From: Schmidtea polychroa
Taxonomy: Eukaryota
Reading direction: 5' to 3'
NCBI GenBank assembly: GCA_044892525.1
Contig: CM097886.1
Location: forward strand, 179,230,312 to 179,294,311
DNA length: 64,000 nt
The notes below the pieces were generated by a model. The model was not told the origin of the DNA. It saw nothing but the letters and a program-made list of their open reading frames with translations, and made no database searches. The position numbers were made by a program, and so were the translations under genes. Of the stretch, positions 9,601-21,232 are shown one piece after another. Within the stretch, counting starts at the first letter, position 1. Each line of letters starts with the position of its first letter.

Positions 9601-11903
9601 TTGATCCATTGGGACTGTTAGGCCCATTCATAATCATAGGGAAAAAGATTATTCAGAAGTTGTGGTTGTCAGGGCTTGATTGGGACGAAAAGCTACCTCC
9701 AAAGTTGAATAAAGAAATACACAAGTGGGTAGAGGACACAAATAATCTCGGAGATCTGCGAATTGCGAGATGTTTAAGGACTCAAATGAAAAATGAATGG
9801 CAATTACATGTCTTCTCCGATGCGTCAAGCACCGCATATGGGTCAGCTATATATCTACGGGAAGAAACTATGGTGGGAAATAAAAGTGTGTTAATTGCGT
9901 CAAGGGCAAAGGTAGCTCCAGTGCAAATTATAAGTATACCAAGGTTGGAATTAATGGCCGCGTGTACTGGAGTTAAATTAGCAAGACGGGTTTCAGAAGT
10001 GCTCGGGAAACCGATGAGCGAGATATGGTTCTGGTCCGATAGTAAAGACGTAATACATTGGGTTCGAAATTATTCGAGACTATTCAAGCCATTCGTAGCT
10101 AATCGAATTGGGTTCATTCAAGAAATGACCAAACCTGGGCAATGGCATTATGTTCCAACAAGTGAAAATCCATCGGATTTGATCACAAGAGGATTATCGG
10201 CATCGGATTTGATAAACAGCACCATGTGGTGGGAGGGACCGAAATTTCTACTAGAACCAATGGGAAATTGGCCAGCGACGGAGTTAAACCAATCCAGTGT
10301 AACAAAGGAGTTGCGAAAGGAAATAACAATGATGGCGTGTGTAGAGGGGCAAAGACGAATAGGGAACACGGACTGTTTCAAAGTAGAAACCTTTTCCTCA
10401 TGGCAGAGATTGATCAGGATGCGGGCCTGGGTGGAGCGATTTATTTTGAACACGAGAACGACACAGTCCCAAAGAACCACAGGGCAACTGACAACTGAGG
10501 AGCTTAAAAGAATGGAACTCAATGTAATTAAAGGAGAGCAGGCGAAGTTTTTCTCTGAGGACCTGGCACGACTTATCAAGAATGAAAGGGTAGATATCAG
10601 AAGCCGTTTGTTAAAGTTGACACCAGTTTTAGATGAGATGACTGTGTTACGAAGTAATAGCAGCATAATTCATGCAAAGAATTTACCATGGGAGACAAAA
10701 TATCCAATAATTCTATCGGACAAGAGTTGGGTCACCAGACTAATCATCAAAGATTGCCATGAAAGTTTGAGCCATTATGCAGGAACTCAACATGTCTTAA
10801 GTGTGTTGAACGAAAAATATTGGATTTTGAAGGCCAAAGTAATGATCAAACAATGTGAGACAGATTGCGGAATGTGTAGAAAAAGAAACGCTAAAGGAAT
10901 GAGTCAAATAATGGCACCGTTACCGGCGTTCAGGGTTTCAGAACCTTTTAGAGCCTTTGTTCACTCGGCAGTAGATTTTGCAGGACCGTTTGAAACTAAA
11001 GTAGGCAGAGGAAAGGTGAGAAATAAAAGGTACATTTGCCTATTCGTATGTTTAAAGTCACGGGCGGTGCATATTGAAATGGCATATGGGTTGGACACAG
11101 ACTCATTCATTCGAGCGTTTATGAGGTTTGCAGCGACGCGGGGGATGCCAAAATTGATGATCTCAGACAATGGCACAAATTTCATAGGCGCCACTTCTAC
11201 AGTAAAGGATTTTGTAATCGACAACTATAAAACTCAAAGAGAGTTGTCGAAGCATCAATGTAGTTGGATCTTCAATCCTCCATCAGCACCGCATTTTGGG
11301 GGAGTTTTTGAGTCCATGATCAAATCGGCAAAGCGAGCTATGAATGCCATACTGACAAGTGCAGATGTGACCGACGAAGAATTGGGAAATGTGTTGACAA
11401 GGGCTGAAATGTTGATAAATTCTCGGCCCTTAGTGGTTCAGGCTGTAGACAGTAAGGAAGACGCTGTGCTAACTCCAAATCATTTATTAATTGCCGGTTG
11501 GAAAGGAGAAGCTGTGGAAAATATAGAAGGGAAGAAAATGTCATGTACGGTCTTTCGGTGGAGACGAATTCAGGAGTTAACCGAGCACTTCTGGCGGCGA
11601 TGGATGAAAGAATTGGTCCCGTGCTGGCGGCAAAGGGCGAAATGGAATAAGATAGAAGATGATGTCAAGACAGGGTCAACAGTGTGGGTTTTAGACAAAA
11701 GGAATGAGTATGGGAAGTGGCCAATGGGGAGAGTAATCGAAGTGATACCGGGAGAAGACGGAAAGCTACGCGTGATGAGGATAAAATGTGAAGGAAAGGA
11801 GGTATTAAGATGCATATCTAAATTATGCTTGATCACAAAAGAAGGAGAAGTTAATGGGGATGTGAGATTGACACCAAAGTGTCAAGGGGGGGAGGATGTT
11901 TAA
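6648..11903 (+). CDS. gag-pol: Bel/Pao Gag-Pol polyprotein (1751 aa as annotated)
   Basis: DUF1759-type Gag (IPVFEG...W..F), zinc knuckles [13 protein letters not shown] / [14 protein letters not shown] / [15 protein letters not shown], aspartic protease ALLDDAS, RT ([24 protein letters not shown]...YMDD), RNase H ([28 protein letters not shown]), integrase HHCC plus VDFAGP/SDNG/GGVFE core and C-terminal FWRRW region. Stop codon lies 7 nt inside the 3' LTR. Confidence 0.97.
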   Translation: MEKENEKGKLTRLRNKILNDINGKDVSEWLAEYEDQKESLDEELGDLRTISKKLQRLDITAILDKDLQEIEEKHQIIGALMERKANQSFMEEKENVNDDTIKKSNSVHKRKLESLQKITIPVFEGMMKEYEPWKAAFTACVDEAEGDEVEKMFHLHQYLHGEPLKLIENLGYSAEAYQMAKEKLDRRYGGDERIYLSMLEEMEQFRPIREGDLKDLDSFVGLLETVTLRFKSTGKESELKTGYLFQKCLGKLTTNLVYNWKKDNIEKELRETIEDLRRWIQQEAEILRSTNEVVYGTKPSTRAYDGSRVEGGGVSRGRERFNPGGRTHFTGQPDGRVKSGTVIQVNNSNGYRSECVHCGGQHYLDQCDKFKQLTIPKRKKVIEEKKLCRNCFKRNHMAKECRKESFCKVTGCKQRHNELLHERQISEESEKGNNTMLTQKGMNEKNLRPYLSLRTIPIYLENGNKKIKVNALLDDASSVSYINLRILKELGLKGVEKRTPIGVIGGNVQQMMATPVTMKLISNDGRLTKNFNALAVTNITGEMKVVNWAREKHKWTHLKGIHFPMLDERQAVEVLIGADYLTLQRALKEIDGKLDEPIARLTPLGWTCVGRTSVGRTWNHQSNFIRTFFGNGEDLQRQMERFWEIDDSGLKENIFAAKDQAIYEKTKSEMKKVDGHFEVKVPWKESPTALPNSEKMAESRLRSLDKRLEKEDLRTEYQDILNGYLKKDYISIVKEKMMPGDSEWILPHFPVVRRDKDTTKVRIVFDAAARCNGVGLNDMVEVGPKLQNEVFDILIRFRRFSVAVVCDIAEMYLQIRMALEDRKYHRFLWSTGGKIIKYEFNRLVFGLNASPFLAQLVAQENAKKFEKDYPKVTESICKSTYMDDTMDSVDSEEEGMRLKEGLETVWGNAGMRPRKWLSNSERIMATIPIEERAKTLNIEKETTMAVKTLGLKWYSEDDEFSFQVDLPNEECLSKRKVLSMVARIFDPLGLLGPFIIIGKKIIQKLWLSGLDWDEKLPPKLNKEIHKWVEDTNNLGDLRIARCLRTQMKNEWQLHVFSDASSTAYGSAIYLREETMVGNKSVLIASRAKVAPVQIISIPRLELMAACTGVKLARRVSEVLGKPMSEIWFWSDSKDVIHWVRNYSRLFKPFVANRIGFIQEMTKPGQWHYVPTSENPSDLITRGLSASDLINSTMWWEGPKFLLEPMGNWPATELNQSSVTKELRKEITMMACVEGQRRIGNTDCFKVETFSSWQRLIRMRAWVERFILNTRTTQSQRTTGQLTTEELKRMELNVIKGEQAKFFSEDLARLIKNERVDIRSRLLKLTPVLDEMTVLRSNSSIIHAKNLPWETKYPIILSDKSWVTRLIIKDCHESLSHYAGTQHVLSVLNEKYWILKAKVMIKQCETDCGMCRKRNAKGMSQIMAPLPAFRVSEPFRAFVHSAVDFAGPFETKVGRGKVRNKRYICLFVCLKSRAVHIEMAYGLDTDSFIRAFMRFAATRGMPKLMISDNGTNFIGATSTVKDFVIDNYKTQRELSKHQCSWIFNPPSAPHFGGVFESMIKSAKRAMNAILTSADVTDEELGNVLTRAEMLINSRPLVVQAVDSKEDAVLTPNHLLIAGWKGEAVENIEGKKMSCTVFRWRRIQELTEHFWRRWMKELVPCWRQRAKWNKIEDDVKTGSTVWVLDKRNEYGKWPMGRVIEVIPGEDGKLRVMRIKCEGKEVLRCISKLCLITKEGEVNGDVRLTPKCQGGEDV
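11884..11896 (+). promoter_or_regulatory. Polypurine tract
   Basis: AAGGGGGGGAGGA directly precedes the TG of the 3' LTR. Confidence 0.9.
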
Positions 11904-12839
11904 TTCGATGTTCGGGTCTGTGTGCGCCGTTTACTATCCTTGTGTTGTTGGCTGTGGGCGCACACAGACGCATATAGTTGTGGGTGTGGTTTGGCTTTTT
12001 TCTATCGCGTCTGTGTGCGCGGTCTGGTTAGACCGAATATTCATGGTGTGCGCACACAGACGCGAGCAATGGAAGCTCGGTGGTTGTCATAGGTTTAATG
12101 GTGAATTTTTTATTTGATATTGTAATTTTAATTCGATTATTGTTTGGTAGAATAAGATTTGGGTTTTTTTTTATCGACGAAATTTTGTGGAAAGTTTGAA
12201 TTTGAATTTGGAAGAATTGGTTTTGGTTTCAATGATGGATTATGAAGTAGATGATGAATATGAAGAAAACAATTGTGAATTATCAGATGGTGATAAAATG
12301 AATGCATTTGTTGGTCCGAATAGCTGTTTAATTTACGAATCATCAAAGGAATTAACGTCAAAGAAGTTTTGTTCCCATGAGATTCAATTAATTCAAAATG
12401 AGACGATAAATAATGTTGCCTCGAAGAGCGATCCGAAAAGCTCAATTATTGGATTGCTTTTAATTGAAAATCAGCATTTTCAAAATGTTGAAGATGCTTT
12501 TCGATTACTTATGAATATAGAATGCCCCAGGCGTATCAAGCAATTGCATCATGTACTTACTCAACAATTAGAAGTTCAACGATTCGAGTCAAATGTAGGA
12601 GTTCTACTCATAGAAGATGATTGTGTGTATTTCAATGGAAGAAAAATTGGTCAAAGAATGCCATTCAATATAAAAAGTTTCTCAAGTGAAAACTATCTGT
12701 CATTCGTGTTAGAGGATAATAATGTAGAAATTGCCGACATCTATTTCTCCATCAGAAACGATGAGACAATAACTGACTATATAATATGTGCTTCTATTGC
12801 GGAAAATAAAATTATCGATCGTTGGTTTCGATTCATTCA
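11897..12839 (+). repeat. 3' LTR (943 bp)
   Basis: Near-identical direct repeat of 5094-6036. Confidence 0.96.
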
Positions 12840-12882
12840 ACAGATCTTAACACAAATGACTCCAATAATTCAATTACGATAA
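12232..12882 (+). CDS. 3'-LTR copy of the LTR-encoded ORF, terminating in host flank
   Basis: Same MMDYEV...DRWFRFI sequence. There is no stop inside the LTR, so it reads through the TSD to TAA at 12880-12882. Confidence 0.45.
   Translation: MMDYEVDDEYEENNCELSDGDKMNAFVGPNSCLIYESSKELTSKKFCSHEIQLIQNETINNVASKSDPKSSIIGLLLIENQHFQNVEDAFRLLMNIECPRRIKQLHHVLTQQLEVQRFESNVGVLLIEDDCVYFNGRKIGQRMPFNIKSFSSENYLSFVLEDNNVEIADIYFSIRNDETITDYIICASIAENKIIDRWFRFIQQILTQMTPIIQLR
12805..12810 (+). terminator. Candidate LTR polyadenylation signal AATAAA (also 6002-6007)
   Basis: Canonical hexamer about 30 nt before the LTR end; AATAAA is common in AT-rich DNA. Confidence 0.4.
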
Positions 12883-14176
12883 ATAAATAAATATAAATAT
12901 AAATAAGTTATATTTAATGTGGTTGCACGTTTAAGTTTAAATCACTGAATTAAAAAACAAAAACTCCTTTCTCTTTTTATAAAAATGTATTTTATAATTT
13001 ACAAATGAACTTTATAATATATGTACAAAGAGTACAAGAAAACGGATTTATTAATCCTTACTGTTTACCACAGCCTGCAAGAAATCGATGGCTCCTGTGT
13101 AGCACAACGATCGCTAAATAAATTGAAAAGATGATGGTAAAGTAAGAGGGCTGATTTTGGGGCTACCAGGTAACACGAAAGCCGCTGTCTGTGCTTTGTG
13201 TTCGCTTAATTATAACTATCTCACTTCACAAGGATAATAATTTATCCTTACACAACTCAAATACTGAACTACTTTTACCTTCTAGATTAATGGCTCCTTT
13301 TTCTGTTTTTCTTTTCACGAATCTGTTCAAATTTTTCCTCCAGAATATTCTCTCTCTGATTCTGGTTTGTTCTGTTTGACAATTTATAATCACTTTTCTA
13401 GTTTGAAATCGATCTGGAATTTGAGTTGAACTGTCGTCTGGTTGATTGATGAAACACCGTGATTCTTTAATCACGTTTCTTTTGTTGTAGACAAATGTTG
13501 AACTTCTTAATTATAATCAACACAGTGATTCTCTAATCACGTTTTTCTTTTTGTTTTTAAAATGATAATAATTTTCTAAATTATTATTTCAATTGCTTTT
13601 CAAACTTTCTTATCAGTTTTCTTGTCCGCAAGTTATCGTCAATTTTCTCGTCCCTGGTTCTCGTTTTGAACCAGTATTTATATTATATTTTAATTATTTA
13701 TTATATTAATAGCAATTTTATAATTACTATATATAGTAATAGTATTATCAAATATTACTATATACTACTTAATTCTAATTATAGTAATTATTTAACTCTA
13801 ATATTTTACTTTCGGTAATTCTTTATTATTTTATTTATACCATTTCTAAATATAGTAATTCTTTAATTCTTTTACAATCAAGGCCCCAGGCCTATCCCTA
13901 ACAAATATATGATATTCAATATTTGTTTGTGGTGGCTTTTGGAAATGCATTTAGATTTTTACATATTTTTAAACAGAATAAATCATATAAAATCCAGTTA
14001 TGATGGCCGAAAATATAATAAAAAGTAAATATTTGTTTGTTTTGTCCTATTCGGAAGTTTCGTCGATTTGTGTTTATATCAGATGTAGTCTAGGAAGGGT
14101 ATATATAAAGCTTCTTTGAAACACTTCAAATAAGTTCAATGCTCTAAGTGAAATGTTAGTTACTTGTACGATTTAT

Positions 14177-14620
14177 GGTACTCCGTCGAATGGGTCCAGG
14201 ATAAAACGGCCCCGTCAAAAGAGCCCTGGCAAAACGACCTCCGACAAAAGCTCATCTGATATAAGGGCACTTATCAAAAACGACTCCTGTCAAATGGGCC
14301 CCCGCCAATAGGACCGCGTAGATGTAAATATTTGTATGTAGAAAAGAAAGAAATTCTATGTATGTTGACTTCAAAACGACGTCATCTGTGACTTTTTAAG
14401 AGTCAACTGGTAAATGCCAAAAAAATGCTTACCTATCTTTGGCTACAAACGATTTGGACTGTTTAGAATAGGGTTTAGGGTTTTCCAGAGCAATTTGGGA
14501 TAAGTGTATAGTTGTTGATGGGGTGTGAAACTTCCGGAAACAGTGTGTTTTTGTTTACTCAGTGTTTACGTGGTTCTGTTGACGGGGCCGTTTTGTCCTT
14601 GGCCCTTTTGTCGGGTCACC
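14177..14620. mobile_element. Non-autonomous DNA transposon (Merlin- or MULE-like), 444 bp
   Basis: Imperfect 42-bp TIRs (about 33/42; innermost AAAACGGCCCCGTCAA perfect) with GG termini, ~15-bp subterminal repeats of CGTCAAAACGGCCC type, and a degenerate 9-bp TSD ACGATTTAT / GCGATTTTT. Confidence 0.7.
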
Positions 14621-16490
14621 GCGATTTTTTTATAAACTTTTATAAACTTTCACTATTGAAAATAAATTATTAAAGTTATTTTTTTGGTATATTGAATGTG
14701 ACTTATGATAAAGTCTTTTGTACGCATATTACTTCTTGAAGGTGCAAAGGTAGTGAGTAAATTTTACACGCTGGCATATATCTACGATTTTGAAATGACA
14801 AGTAAAATGTTGCTCTAAGGATTTTAAAGAAGAAAATATTTAATCATATGAAAACCAGAATAAATTATAATTATAATTAAAGCTGACAAGCAATGAATAG
14901 CATGAGAATTAATGGTTGCAAAGGTCTGTAACACAGAAACACTGCCAAACGAGACTATAGAAGAAAAGACGGATTTACAATGAATTACAAAAATAAAGAA
15001 AATAAAAATATTGGGTAAGACATTATGTAAAAAATACACATGGGCAATCTAGAAGAATTGGGTTACACTGAATAAATCGTGCGAAGAAAATTTAAAAATT
15101 GAAAAACGGACATAGCGACCCAATTTTAGGCATTCTGTTCGACCGTATTGGTTGTAACATATTATTTGGGGCGTATTTGTAATTAATTATAATCATATAT
15201 TGTAAAATTGTACTAGCGTTAATAAACTAATATATTGTTGTGAGTAATAGTTGCAGGTGTTTATCAAAGTAAAAATAATGCGCTAACCTAAGCTATTCGT
15301 TGTAAAGCAATAAAAACATGAATTTAGATTATGTAATATCAAACATGAAACGCTTATCCTCATCTATCCTCATACCACTGGAGACTAACACTAGAATTTC
15401 TGGAAAATATGACAAACTATGCAAACAATGTCAGTAACTAATTCACCTTTTGTGAGGTTCCTAGCCGGTCAAATTTTTATTTAATAAAAGTCAGCGGAAT
15501 TTATTTAATAACGACTTTTCTTTCTGTTTATGGATGTTTTTATTTCAAAATATGATATTTAATCAGGATTATTAAATAGACAAAATCGTAAAAAGGAGTA
15601 TTGTGTTAAATCTAATATTAGATTATTTTTAATTGAATTATATTTTCGAGCTCATATAATCATAAATGAGTTATTGAAATATTTAGGGGGGGGGGGGGGG
15701 TACAAATTTGTATTTTACCTGGGACCCCAAAATAACCTAGGGCTCTACTTAAATTGTGTTTTTCGGTTCGACCGAAATATCATTTTATAATTGTGTTTTC
15801 TGTTAAAAGTAATGTGCTAGTCACAATCGATCCAACTCCAAGATGTCCTTTTAATATCAAAATCACAAGACACTCAACAATATCATTATTTGAATCAGTA
15901 CATCTATTATTGGAATTTTGATTGGTCGGTAATAAATATCCAATTGATATCCGTTTCGTAAAGGTCAATCGGTTGGCAGAGTTATGAATTTAATTTTATA
16001 ATAATGTTAGCATATAATAATGTTAACATATAATCACAATTTTCATTATTATCTTTATTAATCCGTTCTTTAGTTTGTTTAATTTGACCAAATTCTGAAC
16101 CAATTATGTCTGTAAACTCTGCAAAACTCTGCAAAATAATAAAAGTTACAAAGTTTTATCTGCTATAAAGAATAAATTTTTAAACATTCTCCTGTTGAGA
16201 AGAGTTGCTAAGTTGTATATAAGTTTGAGATAATAAATTCGTGTGGAGTCCTTATTATTATAACCGTGACTACAAAGAGTAGGATACTTGAAATTTTCTA
16301 CCGAAAATATTATAAAACCCCGAAAAATGTGATGAATGTGTTTTTTTATAATTCATAATTTTGTTTAAAACGGTCATTTATTATTATTTCTCAACTTTAA
16401 AAAAACTCTCATTAATTAAATTAATTAAAATTAATTTGATGAATAATTTATTTTTCCAAATCTTCAGTTATATTTCAAAATCAGATTTCA

Positions 16491-16857
16491 TTAACGACAA
16501 TATATTTTCCTTGGCGTGCATCTTGATTTAATGCCAACAGGTCTGTAGAATAGAATGAAGCATGAAAACCAACGGTTCCAGTAGAAACTACAGAATCTCG
16601 AAGCACAAAATAGGTATCGTTTTACTATTTTAGCTTCATTTTCCAGTTTCGCATCATTAACTAAATTAATTAATTAATTAATTAACTAAAATTAATTAAA
16701 AAATATAATTAATAGTATGTGAGTGTGAGATAAACGTACAATGATCCAATTCTTTTCCCGTCACTTCCGCTTCATCCTTTGAATCTTGATCCGTTTCCAC
16801 ATCACAGAAAATCGGAACAATCACCAATAGTCCTAAAAGTAAATAGAAAAGCTTCAT
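16491..16857 (-). CDS. Secreted Cys-rich prepropeptide A, copy 1 (95 aa; exons 16857-16740, 16660-16491)
   Basis: MKLFYLLLGLLVIVPIFC-DVETDQDSKDEAEVTGKELDHFNDAKLENEAKIV-KR-YLFCASRFCSFYWNRWFSCFILFYRPVGIKSRCTPRKIYCR*: signal peptide, acidic propiece, dibasic site, phase-1 GT-AG intron, spliced length 288 nt. Confidence 0.88.
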
Positions 16858-16884
16858 GATTAAAATCGTGTCGGTTCTGTGTGA

Positions 16885-16892
16885 TATTTATA
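16885..16892 (-). promoter_or_regulatory. TATA box of peptide gene A; equivalents for B (18147, +), C (23045, -), D (24057, +)
   Basis: TATAAA(T/A)A-type box 32-42 nt upstream of the ATG in all four paralogues; individually weak evidence in AT-rich DNA. Confidence 0.55.
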
Positions 16893-17344
16893 CTAATAAT
16901 CAAAATGAACTTATTATTTTAATTATTAGATTCTATTACTGATAAATAGTAATGATAAGGCCCTGTCGGTTTTCAAATTAAAAAAATAAAACAAAATGAA
17001 TGAACTTAAAAATATAATACAAATAAATAAAAAATTATATATATATTTAAAAATTTTAAAAAAGATTTTATGTTAAAAATTACACATGGTCTTGTTGCGG
17101 GGGTTCAATTGAGAGTCCCGGAATAGTTTTGGCCTGATTAATAAAATGTTGATGTATTATTTTTGTAATAAATTTGTTTTATTTAACAATTTTTTTTCTT
17201 TTTTTTTACCAGTAAATTTTTTTTTATATTTCACCATTGACTGATTTTGAACTTGAATTAACATTTTATTAATTTCTAATTATAAATCAAAATTTTTATT
17301 TATTTAGTACTGAAACTGGAAAAATTAGAAAAATGCAATTTTTG

Positions 17345-17790
17345 AAATTAATTAAAAATTAATTAAAAATTAATTAAAAATTAATTAAAAATTAATTAAA
17401 AAGAAAAAATTTTTTCTTTCATTCTTTTTTTTATTTATGAAAATCTCTTTTAAATAACTTTTATAAAAATGGTTATAAAAATTAATTATATTAATTAGAA
17501 ATTAATTAATAATTAATTAAAAAGAAAGAATTCTTTCTTTCATTCTTTATTTTATTTATGAAAATCTCTTTTAAATAACTTTTATAAAAATAGTTATAAA
17601 AATTAATTAAAGTAATTAGAAATTAATTAAATATTAATTAAAAAGAAAGAATTCTTTCTTTCTTTCATTCTTTATTTTATTTATGAAAATCTCTTTTAAA
17701 TAACTTTTATAAAAATGGTTATAAAAATTAATTAATTTAATTAGAAATTAATTAAAAATTAATTAAAAAGAAAGAAATCTCTTTTAAATA
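17345..17790. repeat. AT-rich tandem array: 11-bp TTAATTAAAAA units followed by three ~120-bp units (also in copies 2 and 3)
   Basis: Repeated TTTATGAAAATCTCTTTTAAATAACTTTTATAAAAAT(G/A)GTTATAAAAATTAATT; five 11-bp units in copy 1 vs three in copies 2 and 3. Confidence 0.85.
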
Positions 17791-18178
17791 ATTTTTAAGT
17801 AATTATTGTCAGTAGTATATATGGGCATCAATCATTTGGTATCCGGTATCATGGATTTGTTAAAGACTGCTTGAATCCTTTACTTTAAAAATTACTACTT
17901 CTGTAGGAGTATACTCATAGGCAACATACCCCAATATACTCTTCTCGTATCCTTGTTGGGTCCGCGTACCTTATACCTAAAAAGTAATCAAGTTTATGAC
18001 ATTTTTAATTGAAGTAAAATAGATATTTAAAATAGACATTGAACTATATGAAGTATATGAAAATGAAGATTTTATCTTTTGCTTATGTAACTTTTCAAAG
18101 TTGACATGGATAAATAATAAGTTCATCAACGTCAACAGCATCTATATATAAAACCCTCTGCCAGTTACCAGAATCATA

Positions 18179-18524
18179 ATGATGACGGCCTTTTATCTTA
18201 CGATTCTTTTTACACTTTTATTATCGGTTTATGGTAAGTATGAGTATGAGGAAATGGTAGAACACGAAAATGATTTTGAAGTGAAAAATTTAGTCGAGGG
18301 TAAATTTAATTTAATTAATTGAAATTAATTTGATGTTAATTTTTTGTGAAGATCAAGAAGAAATAAGCGATGAAGAGCAATCGGGTGAAACTAAACGAAT
18401 TAATAGAAGAAACTTTTGTGGTTTAAGACAATGCCGTATCCTTTACCGAAGATGGTTCACTTGCACGATATATCTCTACCGAATAGGTTTGATTTGTAAA
18501 CCTCGCTCTTTTCGTTGCATCTAG
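18179..18524 (+). CDS. Secreted Cys-rich prepropeptide B, copy 1 (97 aa; exons 18179-18299, 18352-18524)
   Basis: MMTAFYLTILFTLLLSVYG-KYEYEEMVEHENDFEVKNLVEDQEEISDEEQSGET-KR-INRRNFCGLRQCRILYRRWFTCTIYLYRIGLICKPRSFRCI*; phase-1 intron, TATA upstream. Confidence 0.88.
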
Positions 18525-19311
18525 ACGGGAACTGTATACATAATGATTGCTTAAATACATTATGATGATTCACTAATTTATTTCATTGTTTATATATACA
18601 TGTAAATATACATATAGCAAATTAATAGATTTTTAAAATTAGATAAATCATGATTTTTCACAAGTATATACGTCGTATTTTATGTATATTATGATAGAAA
18701 CAATTTCTTAACACTGTATTGTACTTAGATTTTCTCAATGCAATCTTTACCTTATAATTTTGATTTTTTACTAGTAATATACAAAACAAACGTTGAACCA
18801 GTTATAAATAAATTTTGACTCTTTTCTCTTTTTTTATCGAAAAGATTATGGGGCAAATTGCCCCGGGCAATTTGACTTTTAAACTCTATTGTTTGGGACA
18901 TAGAGCTTAGTATGATGAGAAGCATTGGTTTAGAGTGTGTCAACGGATATTTCACCATTATTGCTATACTAATTCTCTGGCATCGTATAGACAACTTTTG
19001 AATTGCCTATTGTAAATTGACTTTTTAATGATACAAGTTGTAATTATCATACTATGAATGGCCAAGAAACGTTTACATGCTGGAATAAGAAAAGTTATAC
19101 ATTAAAAATACCCTGGCATGATGAAAGAAAATTAAAACTTCAATAAAAGGTTTAAAATAGGGTATGAATTAAACTTCAAGTAAAATTATTGTTAAGTTCA
19201 AGTAAAAATATATAAAAACAGCTAATTTTAATTTAAAATTAAATTATCTAACAAGTAATGCTTTCTTAGCTTTTTCTGGTTTACCTCTCTTTATTTTCCA
19301 CCTTTTTTATT

Positions 19312-20938
19312 ATTTCTACCCGAATTTCACTTGGCGATTATTTTAAAATTTTCGCTTCAATGAAAAAATTTGCATAAGTTAATTAAATAAAAATAATGGT
19401 ACTTCCGTGTTATCTTACCCCCAAAAATTAAATTTGAAAAGAACACATATAATTATTATATTAATTTTCTAAATCACAGTTACAAACTCAGCAGATGTTT
19501 GTAAAGAGTTTGTAAATGGTCATCCAGGTGGCCAGGAAACCACAATGTCGTTGAGAATAGTGTCGAACACATCGGCAATGTTGCTTAGAACACGTTTGCG
19601 CCACATAAACTCACATAATCACATAATCACAGATAGCCTTAATAAATTCATGTTCAATAATGTTCAATAACGTCATCAATAATGTATTCTCTTATTTTTT
19701 ATATTGTTATTTTAATTGTATTTTATAATTTAATTTTTGGGGGTAAGATAACACGGAAGTACCAAAATAATTTTTCTTTGATTAAAACGTATTTAAATCA
19801 CACTGAAAAGGTTTGCAAATTTTAATGTTGATAAATCGTTGACTACGTCAAAAGGTGCACCTAAAATCTATTTGAATTAAAGGCTCTCTGTATCCTATTT
19901 TCGACTTTCTTAATCTTTTGGATTTAGAGATACTTTTGGTTGGAAATCGGATATCAGAGATGGGAAATGTTTTACAAGATATTGTGGTAATCAACATTTT
20001 TACCATAAAAATGGCGGTACCAAAATAATGACAAAATATATTCAAACAAATATGTAAACCATTTCTGGCGTTTTTATTAAATATTTAAATTTAATTGTGG
20101 TTGGTCAGAAATTTTTTTTTGTTTTTATCAGACTCGAATAAACTGACAACTCTATTAATAAAAAATGAAATAAAATTCAAAAAGATGAAATCCTTCCATA
20201 TAGTTGGGTAATGAAAGTTAATGATGAAAAAGGTGTTCGTACTGTCCATAAAATACTATTTAATCTTTTTAATCAAATGTTTATCCGAGTATCCTTATGA
20301 CAGATATCCTTGCACTAAGTTTATTCAATATATACCCAATATATACCCAATGTATTCCCATTTTATTACCCCTAATAAAATTTTTTAACTTTTCTAGAAA
20401 TTAAATAAAAGACACCCTCTCACTCAACATTTCTAAAAGGTTTTTAGACAAATGTTTTAGACCCCTTAACCCTTATTCAAATTAATCACTTTCTGGAAAA
20501 GTAAAAAAACTTTAATAAGGGTAAAAGGGTCTAAAACTTATGTCTAATAACAGAAATAAAATTTTAAAGAACTTAATAAAAACACCAAAAATGGTTTACA
20601 TATTTGTTTGGACATATTTTGTCAATATTTTGCTACCACCATTTTTATCATAATATCCCATCTCTGATGTCCAATTTCCAACCAAAGTATCTCTAAATTC
20701 AAAAGATTAAGAAAGTCGAAAATAGGATACAGAGGTAACCCTTAACCCAAATATATTTTAGGTAAACCTTTAGATGTAGTCGAAGATTTGTCAACATTTG
20801 AAATTTGCAAACCTTTTCTGTGTGATTTAAATTCGTTTTAATCAAAGAAAAAATATTTTTATTTAATTATCTTATGCAATTTTTTTCATTGTAGGGGAAA
20901 TTTTAAAATGAATCGCCAGAGGAAATTCGGGTGGAAAA
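19312..20938. mobile_element. Foldback-like element with ~370-400-bp diverged inverted arms (also about 35519-37145 and 51723-53349)
   Basis: Left arm about 19312-20080 (interrupted by the MITE) is the reverse complement of about 20573-20938 at roughly 80-85% by eye. Outer ends and TSD are not resolved. Confidence 0.7.
19398..19763. mobile_element. Merlin-like MITE, 366 bp, copy 1
   Basis: Perfect ~37-bp TIR GGTACTTCCGTGTTATCTTACCCCCAAAAATTAAATT and perfect 8-bp TSD AAAATAAT (19390-19397 / 19764-19771). GG termini with an 8-bp TSD fit the Merlin (IS1016-related) superfamily. Confidence 0.85.
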
Positions 20939-21076
20939 TGTCAAAATCTCTTCATTATTCACTGACTTTGATTTTAAAGAACTATCAGATCAAAGAAAGG
21001 CAAAGAACTAATGAGAATTAATTAATAAAAATTATATAAATTCAGATTTATTAAATATTATGAAACGATAAAAATT

Positions 21077-21161
21077 ATGAAAGTGACAAAATGTTTCCCT
21101 TTTAGTGCTTTCATTATAGGAATTCTTACTCAAGTTATTGTTGGTTAGTAATATTTAGTAA

Positions 21162-21232
<71 letters not shown>

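Larger units (their letters stand above)
5094..12839 (+). mobile_element. Full-length Bel/Pao (Belpaoviridae) LTR retrotransposon, 7746 bp, recent insertion
   Basis: TG...CA LTRs, 5-bp TSD, PBS, PPT, and a Gag-PR-RT-RNaseH-IN polyprotein with Bel/Pao-type triple zinc knuckle and Pao/A17 RNase H region. Confidence 0.97.

Noticed and set aside
7057-11836. Short alternative-frame and antisense ORFs inside gag-pol
   Set aside because: No motifs; expected shadows of a long coding region.
13030-13200. GC-richer island considered as HDV-like or hammerhead ribozyme, snRNA or miR-210-like hairpin
   Set aside because: A P3/L3-like GCT-CCTGTGT-AGC is present but no matching P1; no CUGAUGA core or Sm-type snRNA hallmarks; only a partial non-seed miRNA match.
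18881-19015. Stop-interrupted LYCLGHRA*YDEKHWFRVC... as another peptide pseudogene
   Set aside because: Cys spacing is 15 rather than 14, and there is no signal exon or Y-R motif in register; similarity too weak. The adjacent 21-bp palindrome (18854-18874) looks like a repeat remnant.
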